Source: Armatimonadota bacterium (GTDB lineage Bacteria; Cloacimonadota; Cloacimonadia; Cloacimonadales; TCS61). From it: DNA of 64,000 nucleotides. The stretch's first letter is position 1. Every line of letters begins with the position of its first letter. The notes below the pieces were generated by a model. The model saw nothing but the letters and a program-made list of their open reading frames with translations, did not search any database and was not told the DNA's origin. Shown piece by piece: positions 61,745 to 64,000 of this stretch. A program made the translations under genes and the position numbers. The stretch lies in contig JABMPU010000077.1 of NCBI GenBank assembly GCA_013203665.1, positions 22,471 to 86,470 on the forward strand, in the 5' to 3' direction.

Positions 61745-61882
61745 GAAGCTACCCGCTTCTACCTTGCGGTTTCAAAAGAGTTAGATGCTTAATTGAATAC
61801 TTGTAAGGTTTTGAAAAGAATAAAAGTATTTGAAATATTATTTTGATAAATTTTAAGCGGGTGGATTTCCATCCGCTTTTTT
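61745..61882 (+). promoter_or_regulatory. Ribosomal protein L20 leader (attenuator) upstream of infC
   Basis: GAAGCTACCCGCTTCTACCT 5' motif; terminator AAGCGGGTGG-ATTT-CCATCCGCTT-TTTT; TACCCGCTT can pair alternatively with AAGCGGGTG. Confidence 0.8.
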
Positions 61883-61911
61883 CGTTGAAAAAAATTATTA
61901 AGGAGGTTCTT

Positions 61912-62505
61912 ATTTCGATAAGAATACGTAGAGGTAAAGCGAGAATAAATCCGACAGTACCCAAAGAGAAAATCAATAATCAAATCAAGGCAAAATCTGT
62001 CAGGTTGATTTCCGATCAGGGAAACCAGGTTGGCGTTATCTCTCTGGCAGAAGCCTTATCTACTGCTGAAAATGCAGGATTAGATCTGGTTGAAATCTCT
62101 CCAAATGCAAATCCACCCGTTTGTAAAATTATGGATTTTGGACCTTATCATTACCAGAAAGAGAGAAAACTCAGAGAATCCAGGAAAAAGCAACATATTG
62201 TGCAAACTAAAGAAGTTAAATTCGGACCCAATACAGAAGAACACGACTATAACTTCAAAAAAACCAATGCTTTAAAATTTCTGAAACAACACAATAAAGT
62301 GAAATTTACTGTAAGATTTCGCGGCAGACAACTTGCACACAAGGATATTGGTTTCAAGCTTCTGGATAGAATAAAGGAAGATCTGAAAGATTTGATAGAA
62401 ATTGATAGTCCTGCAAAAAGTGAAGGCAGAACTATCTCAATGATCGCTTCACCCAAAAAAGATATTGATAATATCTTAGAAAAATTAAATACAGAGGAAG
62501 AATAG
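61912..62505 (+). CDS. infC: Translation initiation factor IF-3, ATT start
   Basis: LDLVEISPNANPPVCKIMD, RFRGR; SD AAGGAGG then in-frame ATT 61912. Confidence 0.97.
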   Translation: MSIRIRRGKARINPTVPKEKINNQIKAKSVRLISDQGNQVGVISLAEALSTAENAGLDLVEISPNANPPVCKIMDFGPYHYQKERKLRESRKKQHIVQTKEVKFGPNTEEHDYNFKKTNALKFLKQHNKVKFTVRFRGRQLAHKDIGFKLLDRIKEDLKDLIEIDSPAKSEGRTISMIASPKKDIDNILEKLNTEEE

Positions 62506-62561
62506 ATAATCTGATTTTTTATCAGGTTAAAGAAGAAATATTTTTAGAAAAGGAGGAAACA

Positions 62562-62945
62562 ATGGAAATGACACCATTACGAACTTTGATTTCGCTTTAT
62601 ATCTCGTTTGCTCATTTGAGCGATGATGTTCTTGCCAAAGAGGAAATGAATTCCATCTTAAAGAAAATCATAGAATGGGTTCCGGAAGAAAATCCGGATA
62701 CTGTTACTCAAGCTTTCAAAGAAGTTTATGCACAGTATCATACATTTGATTCTTATCAGGGTTGGATCAAAATACTTAAAGAGTCGGTCTCTTCAGTAAG
62801 AAAAATGTTTGAAGATAAGGAAAAATTTCTCACAGTTTTAAACGACCTTGTAGGAATCGCTATGTCCGATAAGAAATTTAAAGATACTGAAAGACAAATG
62901 ATAAACATCTGCGCCGAAAAATGGGGCGTAGATTTCAAAATATAA
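62562..62945 (+). CDS. TerB-like protein
   Basis: Two A..(S)D......E motifs, helical; SD AGGAGG. Confidence 0.65.
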   Translation: MEMTPLRTLISLYISFAHLSDDVLAKEEMNSILKKIIEWVPEENPDTVTQAFKEVYAQYHTFDSYQGWIKILKESVSSVRKMFEDKEKFLTVLNDLVGIAMSDKKFKDTERQMINICAEKWGVDFKI

Positions 62946-62969
62946 ATATCGAATAATCCAGGAGGAATA

Positions 62970-63164
62970 ATGCCAAAACTCAAAACAAGAAAAGGTGTGT
63001 CAAAGAGGTTCAAAATAACGGGAAAAGGTAAATTAAAACGCTCTCATGCTAATGCAGGTCATATTTTGACAAAAAAGAGCACAAAACAGAAAAGAGGTCT
63101 GCGAAAATCAGGTCTCGTTAACAACGCAGATGTTCCCAGAATGAAAAGAATGCTGGGTGCATAG
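62970..63164 (+). CDS. rpmI: 50S ribosomal protein L35
   Basis: MPKLKT...KRFK.TG.GK...HILTKK. Confidence 0.99.
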   Translation: MPKLKTRKGVSKRFKITGKGKLKRSHANAGHILTKKSTKQKRGLRKSGLVNNADVPRMKRMLGA

Positions 63165-63188
63165 ACAAAGAATAAAAGGAGTTTTAAT

Positions 63189-63542
63189 ATGCCAAGAACA
63201 ACAAATAACGTCGCTGCAAAAAGAAGGAAAAAGAAATTTCTGAAAGCTGCAAAAGGTTATGTAGGTGGAAGAAGCAAATTATACAGAACCGCACGTCAGG
63301 CAGTAGAAAAAGGCTGGCTTTATGCATATCGCGATAGAAAAACCAAAAAAAGAGAATTCAGAAGACTTTGGATTATCCGCATTAATGCTGCTGCCAGAAT
63401 GAATAACCTTTCTTACAGTAAATTAATTAGCGGATTAAAAAAAGCTGAGGTAGAAATCGATAGAAAAGTTCTTGCTCATTTAGCTTTTCACGATTTGGAA
63501 GCTTTCGGAAAACTTTGTGATTTAGCTAAAGCCCAGAAATAG
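63189..63542 (+). CDS. rplT: 50S ribosomal protein L20
   Basis: AKGY.G, YAYRDRK.KKR.FR.LWI.RINAA. Confidence 0.99.
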   Translation: MPRTTNNVAAKRRKKKFLKAAKGYVGGRSKLYRTARQAVEKGWLYAYRDRKTKKREFRRLWIIRINAAARMNNLSYSKLISGLKKAEVEIDRKVLAHLAFHDLEAFGKLCDLAKAQK

Positions 63543-63599
63543 AGTAAAAAAAACATAAATATATTTTGTGCATTTTTGTGGCTATAATAAGGAATCAGG

Positions 63600-64000
63600 G
63601 TGAAAGAAGAATTAAATAAAATTCTGGAATCTGCAAAATCAGAAATTAATAAAACCGGTTCTATTCACGAACTTCAACAGCTTAAATCTCGCTTTATTGG
63701 GAAAAAAAGCGGACTGATGAGTTTCATGAAACAAATCAGTTCCCTGCCAAAAGAAGAACGTCCTGCTTTTGGACAGCTCGTGAATGAAACCAAACAAAAA
63801 ATAACAAATATTATTTTAAACTGTGAAGCAGAAATTAAGGAATCTGATTATAAAAAAACACTTAAATCCGAATTCATCGATTTGACAATGCCGGGACGCA
63901 AACATGAAAAAGGAAGCCTTCATCCTATTACTTTGGTTTGGAGGGAAATCGAAGACATTTTTCTTTCCATGGGTTTCGATGTTGCAGAAGGTCCGGATGT
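63600..64000 (+). CDS. pheS: Phenylalanyl-tRNA synthetase alpha subunit (runs off the window)
   Basis: GTG start; GKK, EERP.FG..VN, IDLTMPG...G.LHP....EI..IF..MGF.V.EGP. Confidence 0.97.
   Translation, partial: MKEELNKILESAKSEINKTGSIHELQQLKSRFIGKKSGLMSFMKQISSLPKEERPAFGQLVNETKQKITNIILNCEAEIKESDYKKTLKSEFIDLTMPGRKHEKGSLHPITLVWREIEDIFLSMGFDVAEGPD

Overview
Low-GC bacterial genomic window, probably Candidatus Cloacimonadota or a related diderm FCB-group lineage. This placement is inferred from secreted proteins ending in the 'NYPNPFNP...YNIKGQ...KCLLLK' sorting domain, outer-membrane proteins and the ribosomal protein sequences. Layout: 0-1.5 kb holds an RM-enzyme remnant, a hypothetical gene and a REP-associated tyrosine transposase. 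1.7-17.8 kb is the tuf-S10-spc-alpha superoperon (no adk; L30 carries a ~120 aa Lys-rich tail). 18-20 kb is an accessory spot (frameshifted DUF3800-like gene, wHTH + nucleotidyltransferase-like pair), followed by mgtE. 21.9-27.1 kb is an uncharacterised four-gene membrane operon whose subunits look like two paralogous pairs in opposite membrane orientation; this is the best candidate for an undescribed system. Further downstream: GT4, TrmH, SGNH, thioesterase, an array of secreted proteins (S8 peptidase), a NifS-SelD fusion, duplicated substrate-binding proteins, outer-membrane proteins, a repeat-flanked DUF559 nuclease, an M42 peptidase, an OMP with an in-frame UGA, a RadC-methyltransferase fusion plus restriction enzyme, acyl-CoA dehydrogenase plus an AccA-AccD fusion, and L20 leader-infC-(TerB-like)-rpmI-rplT-pheS. 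Intergenic DNA is full of small palindromic repeat families, several of them nested. No rRNA, tRNA or CRISPR array was found. Family names come from motif recognition, not from database searches.
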